Sequence record: KC579452
Length of the DNA: 47,285 bases
Strand: one strand, 5' to 3'
Source: Escherichia phage phiKP26
The translations under genes were made by a program, and so were the position numbers. The notes under the pieces were generated by a model. That model was given only the letters and a program-made list of their open reading frames with translations. It searched no databases and was not told the DNA's origin. Below, one piece after another: positions 18,911-27,451 of the stretch (its first letter is position 1; the number at the start of each line of letters is the position of its first letter).

Positions 18911-18929
18911 TAAAAANCTTAANCAAGAG

Positions 18930-19154
18930 GTGATTGATATGAAAATTAATTTGCTTTGCACAAATGCTGAAGTTGGTGTCTTTGATTTAAATGTTGGTCA
19001 AACTTATGTGGCATACTTCAATGATGATTATGGTCATTATGAACTTTCTGATGAAGGTTTTTCTTATGAGTTAAGCGAGGTTAGAGGTGCTCCTTTGACT
19101 TTCTACTGTAAATCTTTTAGTGGTGGATTGGTGACATTCATTAAAGTAANCTAA
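18930..19154 (+). CDS. hypothetical protein (moron-like insert in the tail-tip module)
   Basis: 74-aa ORF with its own palindrome/TACAAT element upstream, an RBS (aagaggtg) and a hairpin plus T-run downstream. Confidence 0.5.
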   Translation: MIDMKINLLCTNAEVGVFDLNVGQTYVAYFNDDYGHYELSDEGFSYELSEVRGAPLTFYCKSFSGGLVTFIKVX

Positions 19155-19173
19155 GGCCCTACGGGGTCTTTTN
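19154..19173 (+). terminator. rho-independent terminator candidate
   Basis: aggccc-tac-ggggtct hairpin followed by a T-run. Confidence 0.5.
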
Positions 19174-19187
19174 ATTGGAGAAATATT

Positions 19188-19952
19188 ATGGCTACGCCAT
19201 TGAGCACTAAGTTTGAGAATCAATTACAAAGCTTGTTCCCTGGTGAGGTTGTCACGTTGATTGAGGTTGACGGAGGAAAGTTTGGTGCACCAGTTTACCG
19301 ATTTCATGGGGAGAATATCAGCTATACCCCAGAAGAAATCATGATGGCGCAATCAACAGGCCAGCCACTACCAGCAAAGACAATTACCTTCCGTGGGCAA
19401 GAGTACGGAGCAAGGCCTTTCGGTATTCAGGGGATCAATATGACCTCTGATGGCAAGGCAAATAAGGTGACTCTAGTCGTATCCAACGTAGACCAGAATA
19501 TATCTGCGCTTATCCGCACTTACAATGGACTTGTTCAGGCCAAAGTTACTATCTGGATCACCCTCCGCGAGAATATTAACGAAGATGGCACCATTGCTGA
19601 TGGGGATTACCGCAAGCTGGTTTACTTCATTGAGCGACCTAAGCAGGTTGATTACAATACAGCCTCATTTGAACTAACTAGCCCAATGGATATGGATGGT
19701 ATTTACATTCCAGCGCGACTTGTTCAGTCTGTTTGTTATTGGGCACAGCGAGGGCTTTACCGATCAGGTAATGGATGTAACTACATGGGTACTCGATATT
19801 TCGATAAGGACAACGCGCCTGTGACTGACCCATCGCAAGACTTCTGTGCCGGAACGGTTCGTGCGTGCAAGCTAAGGTTCGGAGAAANTAATCAGTTAGA
19901 CTTTGGTGGTTGCGCTGCTGCAAGCCTGCAAGCTAAAGCCAACCAAAACTAA
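19188..19952 (+). CDS. minor tail protein (lambda gpL-like)
   Basis: 254 aa; position and size in the M-L-K-I-J series; C-terminal Cys cluster. Confidence 0.6.
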   Translation: MATPLSTKFENQLQSLFPGEVVTLIEVDGGKFGAPVYRFHGENISYTPEEIMMAQSTGQPLPAKTITFRGQEYGARPFGIQGINMTSDGKANKVTLVVSNVDQNISALIRTYNGLVQAKVTIWITLRENINEDGTIADGDYRKLVYFIERPKQVDYNTASFELTSPMDMDGIYIPARLVQSVCYWAQRGLYRSGNGCNYMGTRYFDKDNAPVTDPSQDFCAGTVRACKLRFGEXNQLDFGGCAAASLQAKANQN

Positions 19953-19961
19953 GGAGAGGTA

Positions 19962-20708
19962 ATGTTAACGCCTAAAGTTAAGATCGAAATATTTCGCCAC
20001 GCCAACGAGGTTTACCCGCAAGAATCTTGCGGGGTTGTAACTCAGAAGGGGATGGCGCAGAAGTATCACAGGATTACCAACGTATCCAAAACACCAGAGC
20101 AATCATTCATTCTCGACCCAATGGAATTCATGGAGATTTCGGACAATGAAAGCGTTGTTTATGTTGTACATTCACATACTGGTGATGGCGCTACTACTAG
20201 GCCAAGCGCAGCTGATATTTGCAGCTGCAATGAGTGCGATCTGCCTTATGTTATTGTTTCTATACCTGAAGGGGACTTGCGGATTATTCAGCCAGAAAAG
20301 ATGCCGCTTGCTGGTCGCCCATGGGGTCTTGGCAGCTTCGACTGCTGGGGTTTGGTTATGGAATTTCACAAGCTACACGGTGTTAAGCTTAACGATTATC
20401 GCGTAGATTATCAGTGGTGGACCAATGAATACCCTGACAATATCTACGATGATAATTGGGAGTTAGAAGGGTTCGAATTAGTCAGAAGCAATGATATTCC
20501 AATTGGCTCAATGGTTATGATGCAGATTCAGAGCGAGAAGACCAACCACGCCGCCATATACATTGGTGACAATAAAATCCTACACCATTTATATGGTAAG
20601 ATGAGTAAGGTTGATTTGTACGGCGATTACTATCGTGAGCGGACTGTACGAATCGTAAGGCATAAAGATTTACCGGAGGATGCTGGTTATGACCCAGAAC
20701 GTGATTGA
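19962..20708 (+). CDS. tail assembly protein K-like (JAB/MPN metalloprotease motif plus NlpC/P60-like domain)
   Basis: 248 aa; HSHTGDGATTRPSAAD matches the JAMM HxH...S..D motif; Cys/His-containing C-terminal half. Confidence 0.7.
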   Translation: MLTPKVKIEIFRHANEVYPQESCGVVTQKGMAQKYHRITNVSKTPEQSFILDPMEFMEISDNESVVYVVHSHTGDGATTRPSAADICSCNECDLPYVIVSIPEGDLRIIQPEKMPLAGRPWGLGSFDCWGLVMEFHKLHGVKLNDYRVDYQWWTNEYPDNIYDDNWELEGFELVRSNDIPIGSMVMMQIQSEKTNHAAIYIGDNKILHHLYGKMSKVDLYGDYYRERTVRIVRHKDLPEDAGYDPERD

Positions 20709-21255
20709 TGTTAAGTTGGGATTAGGTTTGGGCAGGAGGTTTGGAAAGCTACATAAGCTTTGCGTTAAAACGGTTCCAGAGGCAATGCGGGCGCTGTCTG
20801 TAAACATCCCTGAGTTTAAAGATTTCATGCGTAGCCATGTGGGCCAGAACACAAGGTTTGCTGTATTCGTTGACGGTAAGAATGTTAACGAGCACAAGAT
20901 TAATGACCTTGAGACTGTGCGTGAAATTAGGATTATGCCAATCCCGCAAGGTCGAAAATCTGGCGGCTTATTCCAGACCATCCTTGGAGGTGTACTTTTG
21001 GTGGCATCATACTTCTTTCCTGTTCTTTTGCCAGTGGCTGTAGGCCTCCTTGCTGGTGGAGTGGCTCAGTTATTGGCGCCACAAGCTACAGGATTGAATG
21101 ACCAGGCATCACAAACAAGCAACCGAGCATCATACGCATTCGGCTCAGCAGTAAATACAATTGCGGCAGGCAACCCCGTTTGCTTACCTTATGGATATCG
21201 AACTGTTGGTGGTGCTGTATTTAGTGCAGGCTCGTATGCAGAAGACATTAGTTAA
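20680..21255 (+). CDS. tail assembly protein I-like
   Basis: 191 aa overlapping the K-like gene; hydrophobic Gly/Ala-rich C-terminal segment typical of gpI. Confidence 0.6.
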   Translation: MLVMTQNVIDVKLGLGLGRRFGKLHKLCVKTVPEAMRALSVNIPEFKDFMRSHVGQNTRFAVFVDGKNVNEHKINDLETVREIRIMPIPQGRKSGGLFQTILGGVLLVASYFFPVLLPVAVGLLAGGVAQLLAPQATGLNDQASQTSNRASYAFGSAVNTIAAGNPVCLPYGYRTVGGAVFSAGSYAEDIS

Positions 21256-21262
21256 AATCACA

Positions 21263-21286
21263 ACCCGCCTAGTGCGGGTTTTTTAT
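21263..21286 (+). terminator. rho-independent terminator
   Basis: cccgc-ctagt-gcggg hairpin followed by a T-run. Confidence 0.65.
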
Positions 21287-21335
21287 TTAGTGTAGAATGG
21301 CACAAATGGTTAAACAAACAACGAGGTTATATGAT

Positions 21336-24300
21336 ATGGCCGATTTGCCAAAGATTTATGGAAGCAAGGGTGGTAGCAAGAAGCCGCACACACCTGTAGA
21401 GCAAGAAGATAACCTGATTTCACTAAACAAGATTAAGGTGCTACTGGCTGTAGCTGATGGAGAGGTTGATTCTAGTTTCTCGCTCAAGGATGTTTACCTT
21501 GCTGACGTTCCGGTGCAAAACCAGGATAACTCATTCAACTATGAAGGTGTTACGGCAGAGTTTAGGTCTGGTACTCAGTCGCAGGATTACATCGCAGGAC
21601 TAGATGGCGCAGCTTCAGAGATTCAGGTTAGTCGTGAAATCAATAATGACACACCTTATATCATCGCAGTCAACAACAGTCAGCTATCAGCAATTCGAGT
21701 CAAGCTGTTCTGGCCTCGACTCGTTAAGCAAGAAGAGAATGGAGATTTAAATGGCACAACATGTGAATATGCAATCGATTTATCAGTTAATGGCTCAGCG
21801 TACACTGAGTATATCAGAGGCGTGGCTAACGGTAAAACTACAACAGGTTACGACCGCAGTATCAGGGTTAACTTACCAGCCGAGTTTAGCAGCGCTCTTG
21901 TTCGTATTAGGAAGTTAACGCCAGACTCAACAAATAGCACCCTGGTTAACGGGATGCAGATCACAACCTATCAGGAAGTAATCGATGCTAAATTCCGCTA
22001 CCCTCTTACGGCACTTGTTTACGTGGAGTTCAGTTCTGACCTGTTCCCTAACGGGATCCCAACTATAGCCATTAAGAAAAAGTGGAAACTTATCCGCGTA
22101 CCGACAAACTACAATCCAGAGACAAGGGCTTATAGCGGCACATGGAATGGAACTTTTAAAATGGCATGGTCTGACAACCCGGCCTGGGTTTTATATGATC
22201 TGGTGGTTAGTCAGCGCTACGGATTGGATCAGCGAGAGCTTGGTGTAGAGATTGATAAGTGGGGTCTGTATGAAGCAGCGCAATTCTGCGACCAGATGGT
22301 TCCTGATGGTAAGGGTGGAATGGAGCCGCGATATACTTGTAACGTTGTCATTCAGCAGAAAGTGGAAGCGTATCAGCTTATTCGTGACATCTGTTCTATC
22401 TTCCGCGGTTTAACCTTCTATGATGGTGAGCAAATCGGGATTGTTGTAGACAGGCCGCGCCAGCCAAGCTATGTGTTCACTAATGATAACGTTGTTGATG
22501 GATTGTTTAACAGGACATTCTCTAGCGACAAGAGCCTTTACACGACAGCCAACGTTCAGTTTGATGACGAGCAGAACAACTACCAGCAGGATGTCGAGCC
22601 AGTATTCGACTTAGAAGCAACACGCCGATTTGGTTACAACCCTGTAGACTTGACTGCAATTGGCTGCGTAAGGCGAAGCGAGGCTAACCGTCGCGGGCGT
22701 TGGTTGCTGAAAACAAACCTTCGCAGTGAAACGGTAACGTTCACAACTGGCCTCGAAGGCATGATTCCTATGATTGGTGATGTAATTGCCGTTAATGACC
22801 AGGCTTGGTCAAGCAACTACACATTAAACCTTTCGGGTCGAATTGTTGAAGCTACAGGTTTGCAGGTGTTCGTGCCATTCGCTATTGATGCTGACCCTGG
22901 CGACAGGATTTTAATCAACAAGCCAGATGGGAGCCCAGAGTACAGGACTATCGCTTCAGTATCTGCCGATAAGTTGACGCTTGAACTGAATACAGCATTC
23001 AGCTTCACACCTCAGCCGGATACGGTATTTGCAATCGACAAGCAGAATCTGGCGTTGCAGCAATACGTTGTGACAGGAATTCAAAAAGCAAACACGGACG
23101 GCGAGGATTCATTCCAGTACAGCATCACTGCGGTGCAGTATGACCCGAACAAGTATGACGAGATTGACTATGGTGTGAATATTGACGACAGGCCAACAAG
23201 TATCGTTGACCCTGACAGGATTTTACCACCTGAAAATATCACCGTTACTAGTTACAGCAAGGTAGTTCAGGGCTTAAGCGTTGAGACGATGGTTATTGGT
23301 TACGACAAGGTGCAGTATGCGAAAACATACAACGTACAGTGGCGCAAGAATAACGGCAACTGGATTAACGTACCTGAGACAGCTAATACCGAGGTTGATA
23401 TTGAAGGCATTTACGCTGGCATCTACGACGTCAGGGTTCGCGCCGTAACTGACCAGAAATCAGTGTCGGCATGGTCAGATATCACGACAGTTAGCCTGAC
23501 TGGCAAGATTGGGGAACCTTCGGAGCCGCCTGTAATTACGGCTTCTGATGATGAGGTTTTCGGGATTAGGGTTAAGTGGGGCTTCCCTACTGACTCAGCT
23601 GATACCGCTTACACCGAGCTTCAGCAGGTTCCTGATAATGGTGACGGAACATATACACCGGAGAACGCGTCACTGCTTACGCTGGTTCCGTATCCTCAAT
23701 ACGAATATTGGCACACCACTCTACCAGCAGGTAACGTGAGGTGGTACAGGGCCAGGATTATTGACAGGATAGGTAACGTATCTCCGTGGACTGATTTTGT
23801 CAGAGGTATGGCATCCGATGATGTAAGTGCGATCATTGGTGACATCAAGGTTGATATCGAAAACTCTGATGGTTACAAGTATCTTCTCCAGAACGCCATT
23901 GATGCAAATACTGACATCCAGAATCAGGCCGAAGCTATAATCGAGAACGCCCTGGCAAATGATACTGACGTACGCGTTATGACAAAGGAGAATCTTAACA
24001 GGAAGGCGGAATATCGCCAGGCAGTAAGTTTGATTGCTGATGAAACTCAGGCCCGTGTGGACGCTCTCACGCAGCTTAAAGCGCAGATTGATGATGAGAT
24101 TGTTGGTCAGATTACGACAATTGAAACCGCACTTGCTACGGAGACCGAAGCCAGGGCTACAGCTGATACTCAATTAAGCTCAAGGCTTGGTGATAACGAG
24201 GCGGCTTTGAATCAGAAGCTTGACTCTTATGCCACGGTCGAAGGTGTTGGTGTTCAGTACGGCGTTAAGCTCGGCCTGAAGTACAATGGGGTTGAGTACG

Positions 24301-24722
24301 GCGCTGGAATGAGCATGGAGTTAACTGGTAGTGGTGGAAATGTTCGTAGTCAGTTTATTTTTGATGCTAACAGGTTCGCAATCAGTAACGGCATTAGTTC
24401 TGGTTCCGGTCAGTGGTCGCTACCTTTCGTTGTGGAGAATAACCAGGTGTTCATTCAGAGCGCGGTGATTCAGGATGGTTCAATTACTAACGCGAAGATT
24501 GGTAACAGGATTCAATCAAACAACTATGTTGCTGGTAGTGCTGGTTGGGCAATTGATAAATCTGGTTTTGCTGAGTTAAGTAACGCTACCGTTCGCGGTA
24601 GTTTGTACGCTAACAATGGTAACTTCGCGTTTAACGGAACCAACAATACTGTCGTAATAAACAATAACGGCATAACTGTTAATTTACCAAATGGAGGTAG
24701 GGTAGTGGTTGGAGTATGGTAA
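21336..24722 (+). CDS. tail tip / host specificity protein (lambda gpJ-like)
   Basis: ~1128 aa; N-terminus MADLPKIYGSKGGSKKPHTPVEQEDNL resembles J-family N-termini; position after the I-like gene. Confidence 0.8.
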   Translation: MADLPKIYGSKGGSKKPHTPVEQEDNLISLNKIKVLLAVADGEVDSSFSLKDVYLADVPVQNQDNSFNYEGVTAEFRSGTQSQDYIAGLDGAASEIQVSREINNDTPYIIAVNNSQLSAIRVKLFWPRLVKQEENGDLNGTTCEYAIDLSVNGSAYTEYIRGVANGKTTTGYDRSIRVNLPAEFSSALVRIRKLTPDSTNSTLVNGMQITTYQEVIDAKFRYPLTALVYVEFSSDLFPNGIPTIAIKKKWKLIRVPTNYNPETRAYSGTWNGTFKMAWSDNPAWVLYDLVVSQRYGLDQRELGVEIDKWGLYEAAQFCDQMVPDGKGGMEPRYTCNVVIQQKVEAYQLIRDICSIFRGLTFYDGEQIGIVVDRPRQPSYVFTNDNVVDGLFNRTFSSDKSLYTTANVQFDDEQNNYQQDVEPVFDLEATRRFGYNPVDLTAIGCVRRSEANRRGRWLLKTNLRSETVTFTTGLEGMIPMIGDVIAVNDQAWSSNYTLNLSGRIVEATGLQVFVPFAIDADPGDRILINKPDGSPEYRTIASVSADKLTLELNTAFSFTPQPDTVFAIDKQNLALQQYVVTGIQKANTDGEDSFQYSITAVQYDPNKYDEIDYGVNIDDRPTSIVDPDRILPPENITVTSYSKVVQGLSVETMVIGYDKVQYAKTYNVQWRKNNGNWINVPETANTEVDIEGIYAGIYDVRVRAVTDQKSVSAWSDITTVSLTGKIGEPSEPPVITASDDEVFGIRVKWGFPTDSADTAYTELQQVPDNGDGTYTPENASLLTLVPYPQYEYWHTTLPAGNVRWYRARIIDRIGNVSPWTDFVRGMASDDVSAIIGDIKVDIENSDGYKYLLQNAIDANTDIQNQAEAIIENALANDTDVRVMTKENLNRKAEYRQAVSLIADETQARVDALTQLKAQIDDEIVGQITTIETALATETEARATADTQLSSRLGDNEAALNQKLDSYATVEGVGVQYGVKLGLKYNGVEYGAGMSMELTGSGGNVRSQFIFDANRFAISNGISSGSGQWSLPFVVENNQVFIQSAVIQDGSITNAKIGNRIQSNNYVAGSAGWAIDKSGFAELSNATVRGSLYANNGNFAFNGTNNTVVINNNGITVNLPNGGRVVVGVW

Positions 24723-24728
24723 ATGATT

Positions 24729-24749
24729 AAGCCCCTTTCGGGGCTTTTN
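24729..24749. terminator. bidirectional terminator between convergent genes
   Basis: aagcccc-tttc-ggggctt hairpin followed by T-run; lies between the J-like stop and the probable stop of the minus-strand gene. Confidence 0.65.
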
Positions 24750-24752
24750 CTT

Positions 24753-25724
24753 TNAGTAGAAGTTGGGAATAAATGGAAGTGCCATTGATATGTTTGTATC
24801 AAATGGGAATTGCGCGCCAGTTTGAGTTGAATAGTTACCTATAACAGTGCCTGGGACGGCTCTAACTGAACCTCCAGACATGCAAACACCCTTGTATCGT
24901 AAGTTATTATATCCACCAGTGACTCTAGTTGTCGCTCCGCATCTAAGTATTGGGAAGAACCCACCATTCACCGACTGGTAACCATTATTAATCTGCATAA
25001 ATCCACTTAGAACAAATGGCCTCCTGACGCTAGAGAAAACTATCTGCCCAGCGCTGTTTGATATCGTTAAACCCGGACCAGCTACTGGAGGTGTATTATT
25101 GAAAATAACTAACTGAACGTAAGTACTTGCAGCAACATCATCAATCCCATTGTACGTTATATCCCTACACCATATCGTACTACCATCACTTTCAAGTGAT
25201 ACGTTTNGGTTATCCCATTTACCAAANGGAATGCCGCCAACTGGCAATGATGCAGAGCCATTAACCTGGATGCCACCAACCCAAGCAGCAGTCATTAATC
25301 TGGAATTACTTGATATCGCTGTAAAGTCAGTCGAGTTCTCAACAAGGACACCGGGGCTTGATTGTGATGATGCTGGTAAAATCTCAAAGCACTGACCGCC
25401 AAACTGCAATATGCGACCATTAGCGCCGTTAAAGTTACTTAATGTAATCCTTCNAACCCCATCATTAACCTTCGAGAACCCATTCATGTAATAAACTTCT
25501 GGTATAACATCATATGCATCAACATAAACAGCCTGAGTTGGCAGGCAGAATGCTGTTGAGCCAGGAGTCATAGTCAGACCGAAATCCCATGATGATGCTG
25601 GTGAGCTTAACCCGCTAGTGTTTATTGAACCAGTCACGGCTGGAACTCTCAAGCCAGCTGTAATTTCCATTGCTGGCCTTCCGTCATTCAAATCTATCAA
25701 GATACCTTGAGGCATTATTTCCAC
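24753..25724 (-). CDS. Ser/Gly/Asn-rich beta-rich protein; candidate receptor-binding or tail-fibre accessory protein (function uncertain)
   Basis: ~323 aa; start overlaps the lipoprotein stop. Stop placed at a TNA codon at 24753-24755 just before the terminator; the track end at 24684 reads through an N. Confidence 0.5.
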
Positions 25725-25960
25725 TCCTTTGAGCCGTGATCTGCAACTGAGCCGCCGTAGCCTCCACCAACCTTTGACTCAATGCCAGCATAACGAATAT
25801 CAACCTCTCCAGCTGCAACAATAACACCACCTTTCCACTTAGCTACGCAAACATCACCCGCCTGAGTCGCACACCATCCGTCAGGGCGCGGACCAGAAGA
25901 ACAACCTACCGTCATGATTGCTGCTGCTGCGATGATTGCTGATTTGATGAAGTTAGTCAT
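25715..25960 (-). CDS. small lipoprotein, Cor/Llp-like superinfection-exclusion candidate
   Basis: 81 aa from the ATG at 25960 with RBS (aaggaa): [22 protein letters not shown]..., i.e. signal peptide plus lipobox-like Cys; Gly-rich mature part. Confidence 0.55.
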   Translation of the reverse strand: MTNFIKSAIIAAAAIMTVGCSSGPRPDGWCATQAGDVCVAKWKGGVIVAAGEVDIRYAGIESKVGGGYGGSVADHGSKEWK

Positions 25961-26010
25961 TTTGTATTCCTTAGTCAGTATGTTTCGTTTCGATGGAGTA
26001 ACTATAGCAA

Positions 26011-26054
26011 AGGCTTCTGCTGTAGTCTTTAGCAAATCGTGCTATTTTATATAC
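26011..26054 (-). promoter_or_regulatory. palindrome/-10 promoter-like element driving the lipoprotein operon
   Basis: Minus-strand reading: tagcacgatttgcta-N23-tatagt-tactccatcgaaacgaaa, then RBS and ATG at 25960. Confidence 0.45.
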
Positions 26055-26520
26055 GCGTAACCGATGTAACTCGATGTATACAATCTCATCCGCTGAAAAT
26101 TGTATACGCTTTTTACGCGAAGATACGCATTAGTTACATTTATAAATCCTTATATAATAAGGGTTTAGAGTATTATTATTATTATATATATTACTATGTA
26201 TATCTTGTAACTACTCTCTATAGCTATGTTGTTGTGTTTTACTAAAATACTATGTTTGATTTCCTGTTAAGGAGAAAATGCATATATATATAGATAGGGT
26301 GCAAATTTGGTGGATACATTGGTTACAAGGGTTACATTCAGCATTCATGCGGCGTACAGAGCATCAAAGCGTATTTATGTGAGTTTTACAGCTATATACA
26401 AAATAGCACGAATAATCAAAAAAAATGATTCCCGATTAATCACAGGGGAGTAAACAACTNAAGCGGTAATACTTGTGATGNATAAATTGGAACACAATTT
26501 ACAGGAATGAAAACANATCC
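26040..26520. promoter_or_regulatory. AT-rich non-coding switch region A (phased ACGC boxes, (TAT)5 tract, divergent promoters); candidate origin
   Basis: ~480 bp without credible ORFs between divergent operons; ACGC boxes at 26105/26116/26125; tattattattattat at 26171-26185; GGTTACA x2 near 26320; palindrome element at its left edge. Confidence 0.5.
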
Positions 26521-27180
26521 ATGAGCAAAATCGAAAGTGGAGAGATNACGAATATGAGTAATATCGACGTATTAAGAAATATAAGGGAGATGCTAAATGA
26601 TGAAGAGGTATCCCCAGATTTGGGGACACCATGCGTAGTTGATGATAATACAAAATTGTATTCTCAAAATGGAGGATGTGGCCTCAAATTTGAGGGCACC
26701 TACACTAACGAGCAAAACGGTCAGTCTTACCCATGTTTTAACTTGCCATACCGTGAAACTATGATTTTGATGGTCGGTTATAACAGAAAGGTAGCCGCAA
26801 GAATTATTGACCGCTGGCTTCATCTTGAGCGGGAGAATAAATTACTAAAAGACCACATGAAGAAGATGGTTTCACTTGACGAGGTCAAAGTTTACAAGAT
26901 CGAGGCTGCGTCAGCAAAAGCCGCGCAGCACAGAGCTGAGGATAACTATTACGCGATTGAGAAGTTCATGTTTAAGAGCATGGATAAGTGTGGAAATCCT
27001 GCGGAACTTGATGAGCAATACTTCGATGTTAAGTTCGAGTCAAATCGTTACCATGACTCTCAAGAGGTGGTTTACAAATATCAGGCTCAGCTTGAGGTTG
27101 CCTGCGAAAAGTTAAAGGCTAAAGATGAGCTTATTGCTAATCTAGTTGATAAGAATAGCGAGATTCTTAAGTTGAAATAA
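26521..27180 (+). CDS. hypothetical protein with coiled-coil C-terminus (possible phage regulatory / antirepressor-like protein)
   Basis: 219 aa; first gene transcribed rightward from the switch region; functional call is a weak impression only. Confidence 0.35.
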   Translation: MSKIESGEXTNMSNIDVLRNIREMLNDEEVSPDLGTPCVVDDNTKLYSQNGGCGLKFEGTYTNEQNGQSYPCFNLPYRETMILMVGYNRKVAARIIDRWLHLERENKLLKDHMKKMVSLDEVKVYKIEAASAKAAQHRAEDNYYAIEKFMFKSMDKCGNPAELDEQYFDVKFESNRYHDSQEVVYKYQAQLEVACEKLKAKDELIANLVDKNSEILKLK

Positions 27181-27253
27181 TAGGCAAAACCAATTGGATA
27201 AAATTAGCCACGGATGGCATAGTTAAACCACACAAACAAAGAGAGATATAGAA

Positions 27254-27448
27254 ATGGCATACTTCATTATTCAAGAGCGAAACAATCCTATTTTCGGCAC
27301 ATGTTACTACTGTGTAGATGGCTCAGGTTACACAAGCAATAAATCAGAGGCGGCAAGATTTGATACAAAGCAGGAAGCTATTGAATACGCCCACGTGACA
27401 GATGAGGAGCTTGGTTCAGTAATGAAGATTATTAAGGTGAAGGAATAA
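27254..27448 (+). CDS. hypothetical protein
   Basis: 64-aa ORF with RBS (agagagat). Confidence 0.4.
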   Translation: MAYFIIQERNNPIFGTCYYCVDGSGYTSNKSEAARFDTKQEAIEYAHVTDEELGSVMKIIKVKE

Positions 27449-27451
27449 ATT

